DNA from: a virus
Length of the DNA stretch: 64,000 nt
Reading direction: 5' to 3' (one strand)
IMG/VR virus record: IMGVR_UViG_3300025467_000009
Span: 1-64,000 of that record
Each line of letters starts with the position of its first letter. The stretch's first letter is position 1. Under the pieces are notes generated by a model. That model saw only the letters and a list, made by a program, of their open reading frames with translations, was not told where the DNA came from and did no database searches. The position numbers and the translations under genes were made by a program. Below are positions 27,638-37,816 of this stretch, one piece after another.

Positions 27638-28315
27638 ATGCATATCATGATTAAATTCGGCGCTCCTACAGTCACGTTGATGGGTGGTACATCCACATCT
27701 GCTTTGGGTAAGCGTGAAAGTATTGACCTTCACCCAGTAACTTTTGATGACTTTAAGTTTTCAGAAAAAAAGGGTTTTGTCTATACTGTAGCTCGTGCTA
27801 TTAGTTCTCGTGTAAATGCTAACTATGATGGTTGGCCAGTAGATGAGATTAAGCAAGGTTACAAGACCTTTATTGGTCGCCCAGTTTTTGTTGAACACAA
27901 TAATCAAGATCCAAAGAGAGCTCGTGGAGTAATCAAGGATGCTATTTATCGTGAAACAAAATTGGCGAGTGGAATTGTTGATGCTAGTGTCTATTGCCTT
28001 ATGGAAGTAGATGCTCAAAGTTTTCCAAAGTTGGCAAAGGCCATTATGGAAGATAGATTAAATGCTGTAAGTATGGGTGCAGATGTGGCCGGTACAACTT
28101 GTAGTGCCTGTGGAAGGTATGCAAGTAAGCCTGCAGAATACTGTACTCACATTCCTGCATTAAAAGGTCGCAAGGTAGTTGTTTACAAGCAAGGCAAGCG
28201 TGTGGAAAGCCTTGTTTGGGAAAACTGCCACAAGCCAAACTTTTTCGAGTTGAGTTATGTATTTGACCCAGCCGATGAATCTGCTTGGCTGCTACAAAAG
28301 AAGTACGTACAATAA
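27638..28315 (+). CDS. Prohead (capsid maturation) protease
   Basis: VFVEHNN (His), VSMG (Ser), FFELSYVFDPADE; zinc-finger insertion CSAC...CTH. Confidence 0.85.
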   Translation: MHIMIKFGAPTVTLMGGTSTSALGKRESIDLHPVTFDDFKFSEKKGFVYTVARAISSRVNANYDGWPVDEIKQGYKTFIGRPVFVEHNNQDPKRARGVIKDAIYRETKLASGIVDASVYCLMEVDAQSFPKLAKAIMEDRLNAVSMGADVAGTTCSACGRYASKPAEYCTHIPALKGRKVVVYKQGKRVESLVWENCHKPNFFELSYVFDPADESAWLLQKKYVQ

Positions 28316-28956
28316 TGCCAATTATGAAAGTTTCTGAAAACCTCATTAAAGAGGCTTTGGAAGTTATAAGAATTAACATTACTGTGCTAGGTGACTGCCC
28401 TCAATGCCAGGGGACTAATTACCGAGGTGGTATCTGTGAAGACTGTGCTTTTGTAAGTCCAGAAGTCATGGAAGCAATCAAAGAGTGGCAAGAGTCGCAA
28501 GGGATTCAACAAAAGGCAGCTTTTAAAAGCCTAGCCTTTACTGATTACTTTACGGCTCCACCAGCAGGAAAAGAAAAGAAGTGCCCGAAGTGTGGTCGTA
28601 GGGGATTCAATATACAGTGCGAAAATCCGCAGTGTGGACATGAAACACCTCCTGATGAACTTAATCACAGAAGTCCTTCTTTTACAGGTGTACATCCAGA
28701 TCTTATTAAAAATAAAAAGAACAGATTTATTCCTTCCGCTGAACACTCAGTAAAAGAAAAAATAAAGAAACAAAAAAGTAAACTTAAGAAGAAGACCAAG
28801 AAAGCTAGTATTGGAAACATGCTAGATGATGACCAGGTTGCTTCTTCAGATAAGGTTACTAGAGGTAAGGATGCACTCCAGGCAGTAGCCCAGGATGAAT
28901 TCTTTCAAAATCAAAAAGGCCAAAAGCCTGAAGAAACCAACGAGGAGAAACAATGA
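28315..28956 (+). CDS. Double zinc-ribbon protein in the head module
   Basis: CPQC/CEDC and CPKC/CENPQC; start at ATG 28315. Confidence 0.7.
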   Translation: MPIMKVSENLIKEALEVIRINITVLGDCPQCQGTNYRGGICEDCAFVSPEVMEAIKEWQESQGIQQKAAFKSLAFTDYFTAPPAGKEKKCPKCGRRGFNIQCENPQCGHETPPDELNHRSPSFTGVHPDLIKNKKNRFIPSAEHSVKEKIKKQKSKLKKKTKKASIGNMLDDDQVASSDKVTRGKDALQAVAQDEFFQNQKGQKPEETNEEKQ

Positions 28957-30338
28957 GTCGATTTGACGATGAACTTGTTAAAGAAGCAGAAAATGCTTGG
29001 CAGGAGAGAGGTCTTCCAGGCTCAACTACTCCACGCCAAATGCCATATGACCAGACTACTAACTTGTACCTTGATGGTCCATTTGGTCTAAGTAGTCAAG
29101 CACCTGCACCTGCAGAAGAAATGGCCGATTGGGTAGCTAATACCCCAGCAGAGCGTGTACTTAACGTTCAAGACCTTGATGCAGCCGAAAATGGTGAAAT
29201 TGTTGGTGGTCCTGGTTCAAGTGCTGTTTACCCAGAAGGTCGTGAAATGTATGCTTCAACTGAAGATACTCTAGACGACACACTCTACAATGTTTACAAG
29301 GCAAGCCGTGAAATTCGTGACGCTATTGACAGTCAATCTGACTTCGACTTCACAAACCTTTTCACAGCCTCAACTTCAGCAATTGATTTTGCTCGTGTTG
29401 CCTCTAATGACCAAGATGTAGTTTACTCAGTAGGTACAGTTGCTGGTCTAGTAAATGAAATCGAAGACAACCTTATCGTAACTGCTGATTACAAGCAGGC
29501 TTACGAAGAACTTCAGGCCCTTGAGGGTTACCTTGAAGAAATCAATAAGTTTGCTTCTAAGGACGAAGACTCAGACGACAAGGATGAGGATGACAAAGAT
29601 GAAGACGATTTTGTAGAAAAAATGAAGGAAAAGAAGGACAAGAAAAAGAAGAAGAAGTCCGAGAAGAAGGCTGCTAAGCTTGCTGAGCGCACTGAATGGT
29701 GCTCTGGTCCTGGTTGCAAGACTGAGAACTGTGACGGTAAGAAGAAGCCAAAGGAAGCCACTAACGGTAACCAAGAGACACTCCAAATCACAGATGTTCG
29801 TAACCTTGATGATTCAGGAAGTCACTTCACCTACCAAGATGCAGTTACTCCTGACCACACTACCAACGTTGAAGTTCCAGAAGAAGTAAACGGCGAAGAT
29901 GCTGGTTACGTAAACTACTACAATGATGGTTCAGAAACCGGTAAGACTCCACAAGCGGACGATGACCGTAACCCATTCCCTTACGATGGAACTAACCCAG
30001 CACTTGCCCCATATGCAGGCACTGTTGCTTCGGTTCAAGCAAGTCGTGAAAAGATTTTCGATGCACTACAGGTTGTAGAGCGTCTTGAGCGTCTTGGTAT
30101 GGTCACAGAAGATGACCGTATGAAGCACGTTGCAAAGTTTGAGCAAATGTCAGATGCAAAGCTTGCTGGTTTTAAAGCTAGCCTCGACATGCTCGAAGAG
30201 TCTGGGGCCCGTCAGCCCCGGAGCCAAAAAGTGGCTAGTGGTGCAAACCGCCTGCCCGAGATGGGTCGTATGACGACTGCCTCAACTGTCACTCGCCAGT
30301 CCGTACAGGCTGACGATTGGCTAATGACACTAAAATAA
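28953..30338 (+). CDS. Probable scaffolding protein
   Basis: Lies between protease and capsid genes; acidic/basic low-complexity tract; helical C-terminus. Confidence 0.6.
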   Translation: MSRFDDELVKEAENAWQERGLPGSTTPRQMPYDQTTNLYLDGPFGLSSQAPAPAEEMADWVANTPAERVLNVQDLDAAENGEIVGGPGSSAVYPEGREMYASTEDTLDDTLYNVYKASREIRDAIDSQSDFDFTNLFTASTSAIDFARVASNDQDVVYSVGTVAGLVNEIEDNLIVTADYKQAYEELQALEGYLEEINKFASKDEDSDDKDEDDKDEDDFVEKMKEKKDKKKKKKSEKKAAKLAERTEWCSGPGCKTENCDGKKKPKEATNGNQETLQITDVRNLDDSGSHFTYQDAVTPDHTTNVEVPEEVNGEDAGYVNYYNDGSETGKTPQADDDRNPFPYDGTNPALAPYAGTVASVQASREKIFDALQVVERLERLGMVTEDDRMKHVAKFEQMSDAKLAGFKASLDMLEESGARQPRSQKVASGANRLPEMGRMTTASTVTRQSVQADDWLMTLK

Positions 30339-30358
30339 TCCCATAAGGAGAAAGAAAT

Positions 30359-30883
30359 ATGCTACAGCTAAACTCTGTTGCCAACGTAGGAGTGCACCGT
30401 ACGTGCAGTCCGTTGTATGAGAAGTACGAAGCTACTCCATACAACACTTTCCTGGATCCTTCGGAGACGGGTAACATTTACTCGGGTATGGTCGTCTACA
30501 GAACCGGCCCCGACACTGTTGCTCTATTCGATGGAAACACGGCTACAGGTGCATCAACTAGTCCAAAGCCATTTGGTCTAAGTTGCTTGGACCGCAACCC
30601 AAACATTGATGATGTGACTCAAGTTGGAGTTAACGCCTGGGCCGTATGGCTCGGTGGTGAGAATGCTTTCTTCACCATTACGGCTCCTGCTTTTGACACT
30701 ACTCAATCATACTCAGTATCAACAACTGGTGCCCGTACATTCTTGTACGCAGGTACAGGTTCTGCTAAGGGAATGCTGACTTCAGCTGCTCCTAACGCTA
30801 ACGCCACTCCAGTTGCTGAACTTATTGACGTTCTTGGGCCAACCCAAATTGTTATCCGCCTAGTGCCTGTTGGCGTTAACTAA
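30359..30883 (+). CDS. Capsid decoration/minor capsid protein
   Basis: 174 aa beta-rich protein immediately before the MCP; AAGGAG RBS. Confidence 0.65.
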   Translation: MLQLNSVANVGVHRTCSPLYEKYEATPYNTFLDPSETGNIYSGMVVYRTGPDTVALFDGNTATGASTSPKPFGLSCLDRNPNIDDVTQVGVNAWAVWLGGENAFFTITAPAFDTTQSYSVSTTGARTFLYAGTGSAKGMLTSAAPNANATPVAELIDVLGPTQIVIRLVPVGVN

Positions 30884-30899
30884 GAAAGGAACTTTTAAA

Positions 30900-31898
30900 A
30901 TGAGTTCATACAGCACCGAACACTTGGCTCCACGCACTGCCAAGCGCTCTGACGACTATGTTGCCGAGATTCTCGAGGCAAAGGACCGTCTAAAGACCGC
31001 TACAGGACGTACTGCAGCTACAAACCAGGAAAAGCAACGCCGTTTGGCTTCAATTCTTGCTGACAAGGACAACTACATGGTTCGTCTTGGTCAGGGAATG
31101 ATTGGTCCAATCCAGCTTAAGCTTCGTTACCAGGGTATGACCCGTAACGTACTTCTTGAAGATCCACTAACACCTGGTGTACCAGTTATGTACGATGTCC
31201 TTGACGAATATGGTCAGGCTTACGTTCTTTCTGGAAACGAAGGAGAAGTTCGTGTAACTTCATTCGAAGGTAAGAAAGTTCCAGTACGTTTGTTCCGTAT
31301 TGCAACCTTCCCTCAGATTAAGAAGGAAGACCTTTGGTACCTTCGTGTTAACATCGTAGAATATGCTCAGGACATGAGTAAGCAAGCAATCATGATGCAG
31401 GAAGACGCACGTCTTATCACTGTTCTTGAAGCTGCTATCAACAACTACGCTGTTGACCCTAACCACACAGTTTCACCTAACCACATCGTTAATGAACTTT
31501 CAGGATACATTACTCCTGACTCAATGTACGACCTCGTAGCATTGATTGAAGTTCACCAACTTGAGGCTTCACGTCTATTGTTCAACCCAATTGACTACCG
31601 TGACCTTTACAAGTGGGACATTAACCAAACTGGTTGGGCCTTCAAGGACCGTGTAGTTGCCGGTGAGCGTATCGTTCAATTCGGTGGCTTCCAAGTTCAA
31701 CGTTCAATTGAAGTTCCACAAGGAACAGTTTACATGACTCCATCACCAGAGTTCCTCGGTGTATTCCCAGTTATGTACTCACTCGATGTTGAAGAGAACC
31801 ACACACCTGAGAAGTTCCACAAGGGATGGGTCATGGACGAGCTCGTATCAGAGATTGTTCTCAACCCACGCGGACTTGGTAAGATCGTTAAGGCTTAA
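30900..31898 (+). CDS. Major capsid protein (HK97 fold, Bxz1/Myrna-like)
   Basis: RLGQGMIGPIQLKLRYQG..RNVL.ED.L..G; strong codon bias; AAGGA RBS before ATG 30900. Confidence 0.9.
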   Translation: MSSYSTEHLAPRTAKRSDDYVAEILEAKDRLKTATGRTAATNQEKQRRLASILADKDNYMVRLGQGMIGPIQLKLRYQGMTRNVLLEDPLTPGVPVMYDVLDEYGQAYVLSGNEGEVRVTSFEGKKVPVRLFRIATFPQIKKEDLWYLRVNIVEYAQDMSKQAIMMQEDARLITVLEAAINNYAVDPNHTVSPNHIVNELSGYITPDSMYDLVALIEVHQLEASRLLFNPIDYRDLYKWDINQTGWAFKDRVVAGERIVQFGGFQVQRSIEVPQGTVYMTPSPEFLGVFPVMYSLDVEENHTPEKFHKGWVMDELVSEIVLNPRGLGKIVKA

Positions 31899-31916
31899 TT
31901 GTCTTAGCAACAAATC

Positions 31917-31959
31917 GGGTAGGGGTCAGATGCCCTCCACCGCCTTCTGGCTCCTACCC
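31917..31959 (+). terminator. Strong hairpin after the MCP
   Basis: GGGTAGGGGTCAGA...TCTGGCTCCTACCC, 14-bp stem with G-U pairs, no U tract. Confidence 0.55.
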
Positions 31960-32039
31960 ACCCCTCGCAGATTCTGATTTCCTAGATCTGTTAGCAGTTT
32001 ACAAAATATGTAAATTGCCTTGAAACAAGGAGAAGTAAA

Positions 32040-32594
32040 ATGGCTAAAACTGTATCACGTTCCGGAGATAACGGAAATAGTACCCCTGTAAATGTCCCAT
32101 TTGACGATGGCATTTATGTAGAGCACAAGGCAGATCCAGTGGATCTATCTGCTGCTCGTGTTACACCTTCATTCTCTACCAAGGGATTGGAGAGCATTAA
32201 CACTGGTTCTTGGATTGAAAATTTGATGCCTTCGGCTACTAATTTTTCAAGTCCTAAGGGCTCGTTTAAACTATTGGCACATGGTATTCACGGAAGTGTT
32301 CAAACCATTACTGAAGAGTTGAGACGTGACCCTTTTGTTCTAAGAGCTGTACAAAGAGGTCGTATCCGTTTCTTGAATGATGAAGAAGCAATAACTAGAA
32401 TCAATGAATTGGCCGAAGAGTCCAATGAACAAGATGACCACCTCAGTCACCTGATGGAAAGTCTTGGCGATAATGCTTCAGAAAATAATGGTATGTACAA
32501 GATTGACCTACCAGATGAGGCAGAGCCAAAGGGACCATCTATGACACCTCAACAAATTTGGGGCGAGTCTAACAGACCCACAAATCTAAAATAA
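32040..32594 (+). CDS. Hypothetical head-module protein
   Basis: AAGGAG RBS; 184 aa. Confidence 0.75.
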   Translation: MAKTVSRSGDNGNSTPVNVPFDDGIYVEHKADPVDLSAARVTPSFSTKGLESINTGSWIENLMPSATNFSSPKGSFKLLAHGIHGSVQTITEELRRDPFVLRAVQRGRIRFLNDEEAITRINELAEESNEQDDHLSHLMESLGDNASENNGMYKIDLPDEAEPKGPSMTPQQIWGESNRPTNLK

Positions 32595-32631
32595 AAAACG
32601 GGAGTTCAGTTCCCGTCTATAAGGAGCTTAA

Positions 32632-32907
32632 ATGAGCGAAGAAAAGTCGACCCCACAGTTGGGACTGGATTCTTCCGTTTCAACAGAACCACTAACTATT
32701 ATTGTTCCTTCAGGAGCACTTAATACACAGACACAAACAAGTCTAGGCTGGTACTACCCATTCCTACCCCAAACCTTCCCAGGTGCTGTAAGTAACGGAT
32801 ACGCTACACCTACAGTTTCTGGTAATGGATACATGGGTACAAATAACAATGGCTTTGTTTTCCAAAGCGGACAATACAACTCACGTAGAGAAGGAAGCGG
32901 ACTATAA
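32632..32907 (+). CDS. Small structural/hypothetical protein
   Basis: AAGGAG RBS. Confidence 0.65.
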   Translation: MSEEKSTPQLGLDSSVSTEPLTIIVPSGALNTQTQTSLGWYYPFLPQTFPGAVSNGYATPTVSGNGYMGTNNNGFVFQSGQYNSRREGSGL

Positions 32908-33617
32908 TGGCTACAACACCAAACGTAACATCTGAGCAGCTAACGAAGCAGACGATTCGTCAAAATTCTGCTGCTACATCTTACATGCCAAACCCATTGC
33001 AGATTATTAATGCTGCAACTACACCTAGTGGACTTTACAAGCTTGTAGTAACTGACCTTACTACTGCATTTACCATTTCAGGTAGTGTTGGTGGAACAAC
33101 TTTCAATACTGCAGGACTTACAGGTAACTCAACTGTTGGTGCACTTGTTAGTGGTCTTCAAGCTGTTATTCCTAGTACAATTGCCTTTTCAGTAATTGCT
33201 GCTGGATCTAGTAGTAACACTGCTCAACTTCTTGGACAGACAACTACACAAATTGTATTCTCTAGTGCAACTGGTGCTGCTCTTCCTGTACTTAGTACAA
33301 GTGGTTCAACTGCTACTGCAACTAACATTAACATTACAACTGCAAGTGGAACAACTGCTTATCCTAACTACTACGGAACACCTAACGCTGTTCCAACTTG
33401 GATTGATGACGCAACAGTACACGCTTATCAAGTTATTGGTAACGGTGCAGTAGTTCAAGACACCACTACAATTGTTCAACAACAAGTTCGCCAGATTCGT
33501 ACCGGTAACGGTCCTGATGGTGGACTTGAGACTCAACAGTTGACTGGTTACTTTAATGTTTACCAAAGCAACCTTAACCAGACTAAGCAAAAGAACACTA
33601 AGCAACAGCAGTGCTAA
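32907..33617 (+). CDS. Probable structural protein
   Basis: T/S/G-rich, 236 aa. Confidence 0.65.
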   Translation: MATTPNVTSEQLTKQTIRQNSAATSYMPNPLQIINAATTPSGLYKLVVTDLTTAFTISGSVGGTTFNTAGLTGNSTVGALVSGLQAVIPSTIAFSVIAAGSSSNTAQLLGQTTTQIVFSSATGAALPVLSTSGSTATATNINITTASGTTAYPNYYGTPNAVPTWIDDATVHAYQVIGNGAVVQDTTTIVQQQVRQIRTGNGPDGGLETQQLTGYFNVYQSNLNQTKQKNTKQQQC

Positions 33618-33623
33618 TTTAAT

Positions 33624-33764
33624 ATGGATGGAATTAATCCAGTTAGTACTAAGCTAACGGTGAGAGTTACAAAAATTAAAGCAGATGGGTCAAGGGAAGA
33701 TATGGGGGAACTTCTCTTGACATCAGCTGATGAGTCTAAGGAACCAGAATGGCAGGAACAATAA
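33624..33764 (+). CDS. Small hypothetical protein (46 aa)
   Basis: MDGINPVSTKLTVRVTKIKADGSREDMG...; fills the gap. Confidence 0.5.
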   Translation: MDGINPVSTKLTVRVTKIKADGSREDMGELLLTSADESKEPEWQEQ

Positions 33765-34348
33765 CAGCAAGTACGAGAAGTTCAATCGTACGAGCTTTAG
33801 TTTCTGGAACTGCCGGAGCAAATGCTCCCTGGCTTGGAGTCGGAGTTGCAAGTGGTACAGCAAGTGCTACTGATGTAGCTTTATTTGAAGAAGTACAAGC
33901 TCGAACTGGTGGTAATGTTAGTCAAGTTACTACAACCACTAGTGGAGATACCTACCAATGGGTAGGACTTTTTTCAAGTTCAGCAACACAAACTCTAACT
34001 AACCTTGGACTCTTTACTGGTTTTACAGCTCCTATCCAAGGGCAACTAACACAACAGGTTAATTCAAACTCCCAAAGTTTTATTTATCCAAGTAACTACT
34101 ACAACTGGCCAACTCAATATCCTTTTAATATTCAAGTTGCATCAGAAGTAATGGCAGTAGTTAGTGGAGACAACTATCAAACTCTTTATGTACTTAGAGG
34201 GCAAAATGGTTCAACAGCATTAACCAGCATTCCAGCGACTACTTGGATTACTCAAGGTAGTGGAATGATTGCTAAGACTAACTTTGTTGGACTTAGTTTG
34301 AGTGCCGGTGACACTATTCAATTCACTATAGATATACAATTTCAGTAA
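33749..34348 (+). CDS. Virion structural protein (fibre-base-like)
   Basis: GVGVASGTASATDVALFEE..R and GDTIQFTIDIQF, with an inserted RGQNGSTA module. Confidence 0.6.
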   Translation: MAGTITASTRSSIVRALVSGTAGANAPWLGVGVASGTASATDVALFEEVQARTGGNVSQVTTTTSGDTYQWVGLFSSSATQTLTNLGLFTGFTAPIQGQLTQQVNSNSQSFIYPSNYYNWPTQYPFNIQVASEVMAVVSGDNYQTLYVLRGQNGSTALTSIPATTWITQGSGMIAKTNFVGLSLSAGDTIQFTIDIQFQ

Positions 34349-34362
34349 AGAAAGGTTAAAAG

Positions 34363-34908
34363 ATGGCTTCCTCATCAAACTACGTATTCCCACAAGAAGG
34401 ACTTAACTTCCTTCTTAATATTGTCCCTAGAGGTTCACAGGCTGTAACTTCAGGTACTTACCTTGGTCTTTTCACTACCTCATGGGGTACTGTTCAAGGG
34501 TATGGTACTGCTAATACTAACATTACACTTAACTCAGGTACATACCCTGTAACCGAGTTGGCTGCTGTTTCAGGTATTGGTTACTCACGTGCCTTCCTTG
34601 CTTCTGGTACTTGGGGTGCTCCAACTGCCGGTACTACAGTTATCGGTGCTAACACTATTAACGTTCAACAGAGTACTTACGGTTCAGCACAGACCTTTAC
34701 CTGCCAGAGTGGAACTTGGGCTAACATCAACGGTATCTTCATTGCAACCATGAGTGGTGTTGGTTCAGCAAGTAACCCAGCAGCTTCACCAATCCCTGCA
34801 GTTGTACTTTGGTATGCACCATTTGCAGACCTTGGAACAGTTACTCTTGCTTCTGGTGACTCACTTTCAATCACACCTACCTGGCAGTCTGCTCCGTACC
34901 CTGCTTGA
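34363..34908 (+). CDS. Virion structural protein (fibre shaft/subunit-like)
   Basis: YLGLFT...TEL...GYSR...TFT...W..ING.FI...LWY...TLASGDSLSIT pattern. Confidence 0.6.
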   Translation: MASSSNYVFPQEGLNFLLNIVPRGSQAVTSGTYLGLFTTSWGTVQGYGTANTNITLNSGTYPVTELAAVSGIGYSRAFLASGTWGAPTAGTTVIGANTINVQQSTYGSAQTFTCQSGTWANINGIFIATMSGVGSASNPAASPIPAVVLWYAPFADLGTVTLASGDSLSITPTWQSAPYPA

Positions 34909-34942
34909 TTTACTTGGCTACTAGCTAGCCTGAAGGATAATC

Positions 34943-36577
34943 ATGCCACGGACATCATATAGCCAGAACACCTATGTAGGAGGAGCCCCAGCCGGGACTC
35001 TTTTTACTGGTGTAGCATCTGGTGTAACTACAATTACAATTACCGGTACTACAAGTGCCTGGAATAACCTTGGTACATCTGGGGGTTTTAACCTTGCCCT
35101 CAATTATGGCCAAACCACTGAAGAAAAGATATATTGTCCTGCCGGGTCTTATAACTGGGCTTCTGGCTCAGTAACTATTAGTGGAGTAAGTAGAGGTATT
35201 GATGGAACAACTGCACAATTGCAACTTGCTGGTGTAAGTGCTGTTCCTATCTTAACAGCAGTAGATTTAACGGAAGCCAATCTACTAGTAAGTCAAACTT
35301 TACTCAACGTTACTACCTCCAGTGGTCAAGCATTAGTATCTAATGGTACAGGAATATCTTATGGGAATGCTACAGTTTCTTCTGGAACTGTTATTTCTTA
35401 TCCTATTATATCCAATGGTAGTATTCGTGGTGGTACAACAAGTGGAACTTTAAATACAAATTCTACACTTGTCAATCCAATTTTACAAGCAGGGTATGAA
35501 AAGATTAATGTTGTTAATGCAGGAGTAAATGGAACAACTACAATTTCAACTAGCTCAGGCAGTGTTTGGTATTATAGTTCTGCAGCAACTGGAACATTTA
35601 ATTTAAATATTACTTCAAGTGGTAACCTTGGCCCTACTTTAACTACTGGTACAGCAATTACTACTACTATATTAACCAAGCAAGGTTCTCCAGCTTATGC
35701 AACAACAAGTGGACTTCTTGGTAGTAGTCCTATTTCTATTGATAATGTTGTAATAAGTTCAGGGCAAGTTTATTGGCAAGGTGGTACAGCTCCTGGTAGT
35801 GGTAATGCCAATGGTATTGATATTTATTCTGTTACTGCACTTTATTCTCCATATGGGTCTTCTTATGAAACTCAAGTAGCTGCATTATCTCCTAGAGCTT
35901 GGTATAAGTTGGGAGAACCTGCTGGTTCAACCACTGCTGCAGATAGCTCAGGTAATGGATATACTGGTACTGTTACAGGAACAATTAACTTTGGACAGTC
36001 AGGTCCTTTCCCCTATTTAACTACAGTTAGTGGATTTAATGTTAATGCAAGTTCTGGTTATATTACTTCTAACACAGGAGTTACTGCAACTACTAACGTA
36101 TCAATGGGTGCATGGTTCAATATGCCAGCAGCTACTTCTAGTGGTATAATACTAATGCTACATAATGCAGCTACTAGTACTGGTTATGGTTTTGGTATTG
36201 GTTCTAATAGTGCTCCAAACGCTGATGCTTTAGGTAATACTCTACAAGGATTATTTGAATTAACTCGTTGGATACCAACAGGCGTTGTAGTAACCCCGGG
36301 TTGGCATTTTGTAGTAATGACCCTAGATTCTTCAGGTTACCCTCGTTTTTATCTAGATGGTTTTCAAGTATATACAGATACTGGAACTGTTGCTTTAGCT
36401 CCCACTGGAATATTGAGTATTGGATCAGATGCAGTTTCTCCAAGTTTTCAAAGAATTTTTCCTGGAACAATTTCTGAAGTTATATTATTTACCTCTACAC
36501 TTTCAGCTGCTCAAGTATTATCATTATACCAAGCTGGAGTTCCATATACAGTATTAGCGAGTAAGACAACTTTCTAA
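34943..36577 (+). CDS. Fibre/adaptor protein, family A, with inserted LamG (ConA-like) domain
   Basis: MPRxxYSxNxYxGG start; WYKLGE..G...AADSSGNG, WHFVVMT, FPGTISEV. Confidence 0.75.
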   Translation: MPRTSYSQNTYVGGAPAGTLFTGVASGVTTITITGTTSAWNNLGTSGGFNLALNYGQTTEEKIYCPAGSYNWASGSVTISGVSRGIDGTTAQLQLAGVSAVPILTAVDLTEANLLVSQTLLNVTTSSGQALVSNGTGISYGNATVSSGTVISYPIISNGSIRGGTTSGTLNTNSTLVNPILQAGYEKINVVNAGVNGTTTISTSSGSVWYYSSAATGTFNLNITSSGNLGPTLTTGTAITTTILTKQGSPAYATTSGLLGSSPISIDNVVISSGQVYWQGGTAPGSGNANGIDIYSVTALYSPYGSSYETQVAALSPRAWYKLGEPAGSTTAADSSGNGYTGTVTGTINFGQSGPFPYLTTVSGFNVNASSGYITSNTGVTATTNVSMGAWFNMPAATSSGIILMLHNAATSTGYGFGIGSNSAPNADALGNTLQGLFELTRWIPTGVVVTPGWHFVVMTLDSSGYPRFYLDGFQVYTDTGTVALAPTGILSIGSDAVSPSFQRIFPGTISEVILFTSTLSAAQVLSLYQAGVPYTVLASKTTF

Positions 36578-36579
36578 CT

Positions 36580-37428
36580 ATGCCTTTCCTTGAAACTATT
36601 GGAACAGCTAGTGCTCAAGCTTATGGAGTTGGAGGTGTACCTGTTATACCTACTAAGTTATATCAAATAATACTTTCTGGTACTGGTGTTTTTAATTCTC
36701 CCCCAACACTTACTGCTCAAGGAATAAGTTATATACTTGTAGCAGGTGGTGGAGGTGGAGGAGGTGGATGGAGTAATGCCACTGGTGGTGGGGGTGGAGG
36801 TGCCGGAGGTGTTGTTAGTGGTATATTGACAGGTGTAACTGGTACAGGAATTTCTTATAGTGTTGGTGCAGGTGGTGCTGCTGGAATTGGTTCTGCAGAT
36901 TCAAGTGCTGTGACAGCTGGTTCTGTAGGTAATCCTACAACTTTTGGTTCTGTAACTACTGCAGTTGGTGGAGGTGGTGGTGGTCAAGGATTAGCCCAAG
37001 GTGTAACCGGTGGTGGATCTGGTGGTGGAGCTAATCGTCAAGTTGGTGGTAATGGGACAGTAGGCCAAGGTAATAGGGGAGGAAATGCTACATCCGGTGG
37101 ACAGTACGGGGCATCTGGTGGTGGTGGTTATGCGGCACCTGGTACAGACATATCTGGTCAACAAAACCCAGGTAGTGCAGGCGGTTCGGGTGGTACATTT
37201 GTAACTGCCTCAGGAACTTTTATTTTAGCCGGAGGTGGTGGGGGTGGAGGTAGTTCTACACCTCAAGCTGCAGGTGGTATAGGTGGGGGTGGTGCTGGTG
37301 GAACAAATATAAATGTATCAGTTGCTGGAACACCTCAAACCGGGGGTGGTGGAGGTGGTTGTGGTACTTTTGATAACAATCCTAAATCCGGAGGGTCAGG
37401 TATAATAATCTTGACTTATATTGCATAA
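36580..37428 (+). CDS. Glycine-rich fibre tip protein, family B
   Basis: MPFLETIGTASA start; AGGGGG repeats; GGSGIIIL end. Confidence 0.75.
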   Translation: MPFLETIGTASAQAYGVGGVPVIPTKLYQIILSGTGVFNSPPTLTAQGISYILVAGGGGGGGGWSNATGGGGGGAGGVVSGILTGVTGTGISYSVGAGGAAGIGSADSSAVTAGSVGNPTTFGSVTTAVGGGGGGQGLAQGVTGGGSGGGANRQVGGNGTVGQGNRGGNATSGGQYGASGGGGYAAPGTDISGQQNPGSAGGSGGTFVTASGTFILAGGGGGGGSSTPQAAGGIGGGGAGGTNINVSVAGTPQTGGGGGGCGTFDNNPKSGGSGIIILTYIA

Positions 37429-37429
37429 T

Positions 37430-37816
37430 ATGGCACACTTTGCAGAAATAGATAAAAACAATATAGTTTTAAGAATAATTGTTGTTGATGATATTTATCA
37501 AAATGATGGTCAAAATTATTTAGCTAATGAATGTGATTTTGGAGGAACCTGGATTCAAACAAGTTACAATACTAGATTAGGAAAACACAATCTGGGAGGT
37601 AAACCATTGAGAGCAAATTATGCTGGTATTGGATACATCTATCACCCAGATTTAGATATATTTTCACCACCCCAACCATACCCTAGCTGGGATAAATTAG
37701 ATGCAAAGACAGGTCAATGGAATTCTCCTATTTCTTATCCAACTGATGGGAAAATCTATGAATGGGAAGAAACTTCTAAAAGTTGGATAACTTCAAATTT
37801 ACAATTAACCCTGTAA
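37430..37816 (+). CDS. Small protein typically adjacent to Gly-rich fibre genes
   Basis: MAHFAEID...WIQTSYN...NYAGIGY...PQPYPSW. Confidence 0.7.
   Translation: MAHFAEIDKNNIVLRIIVVDDIYQNDGQNYLANECDFGGTWIQTSYNTRLGKHNLGGKPLRANYAGIGYIYHPDLDIFSPPQPYPSWDKLDAKTGQWNSPISYPTDGKIYEWEETSKSWITSNLQLTL

Noticed and set aside
32598-32616. Hairpin ACGGGAG-TTCAG-TTCCCGT as a terminator
   Set aside because: There is no U tract on the coding strand and the stem is short, so its function cannot be supported.
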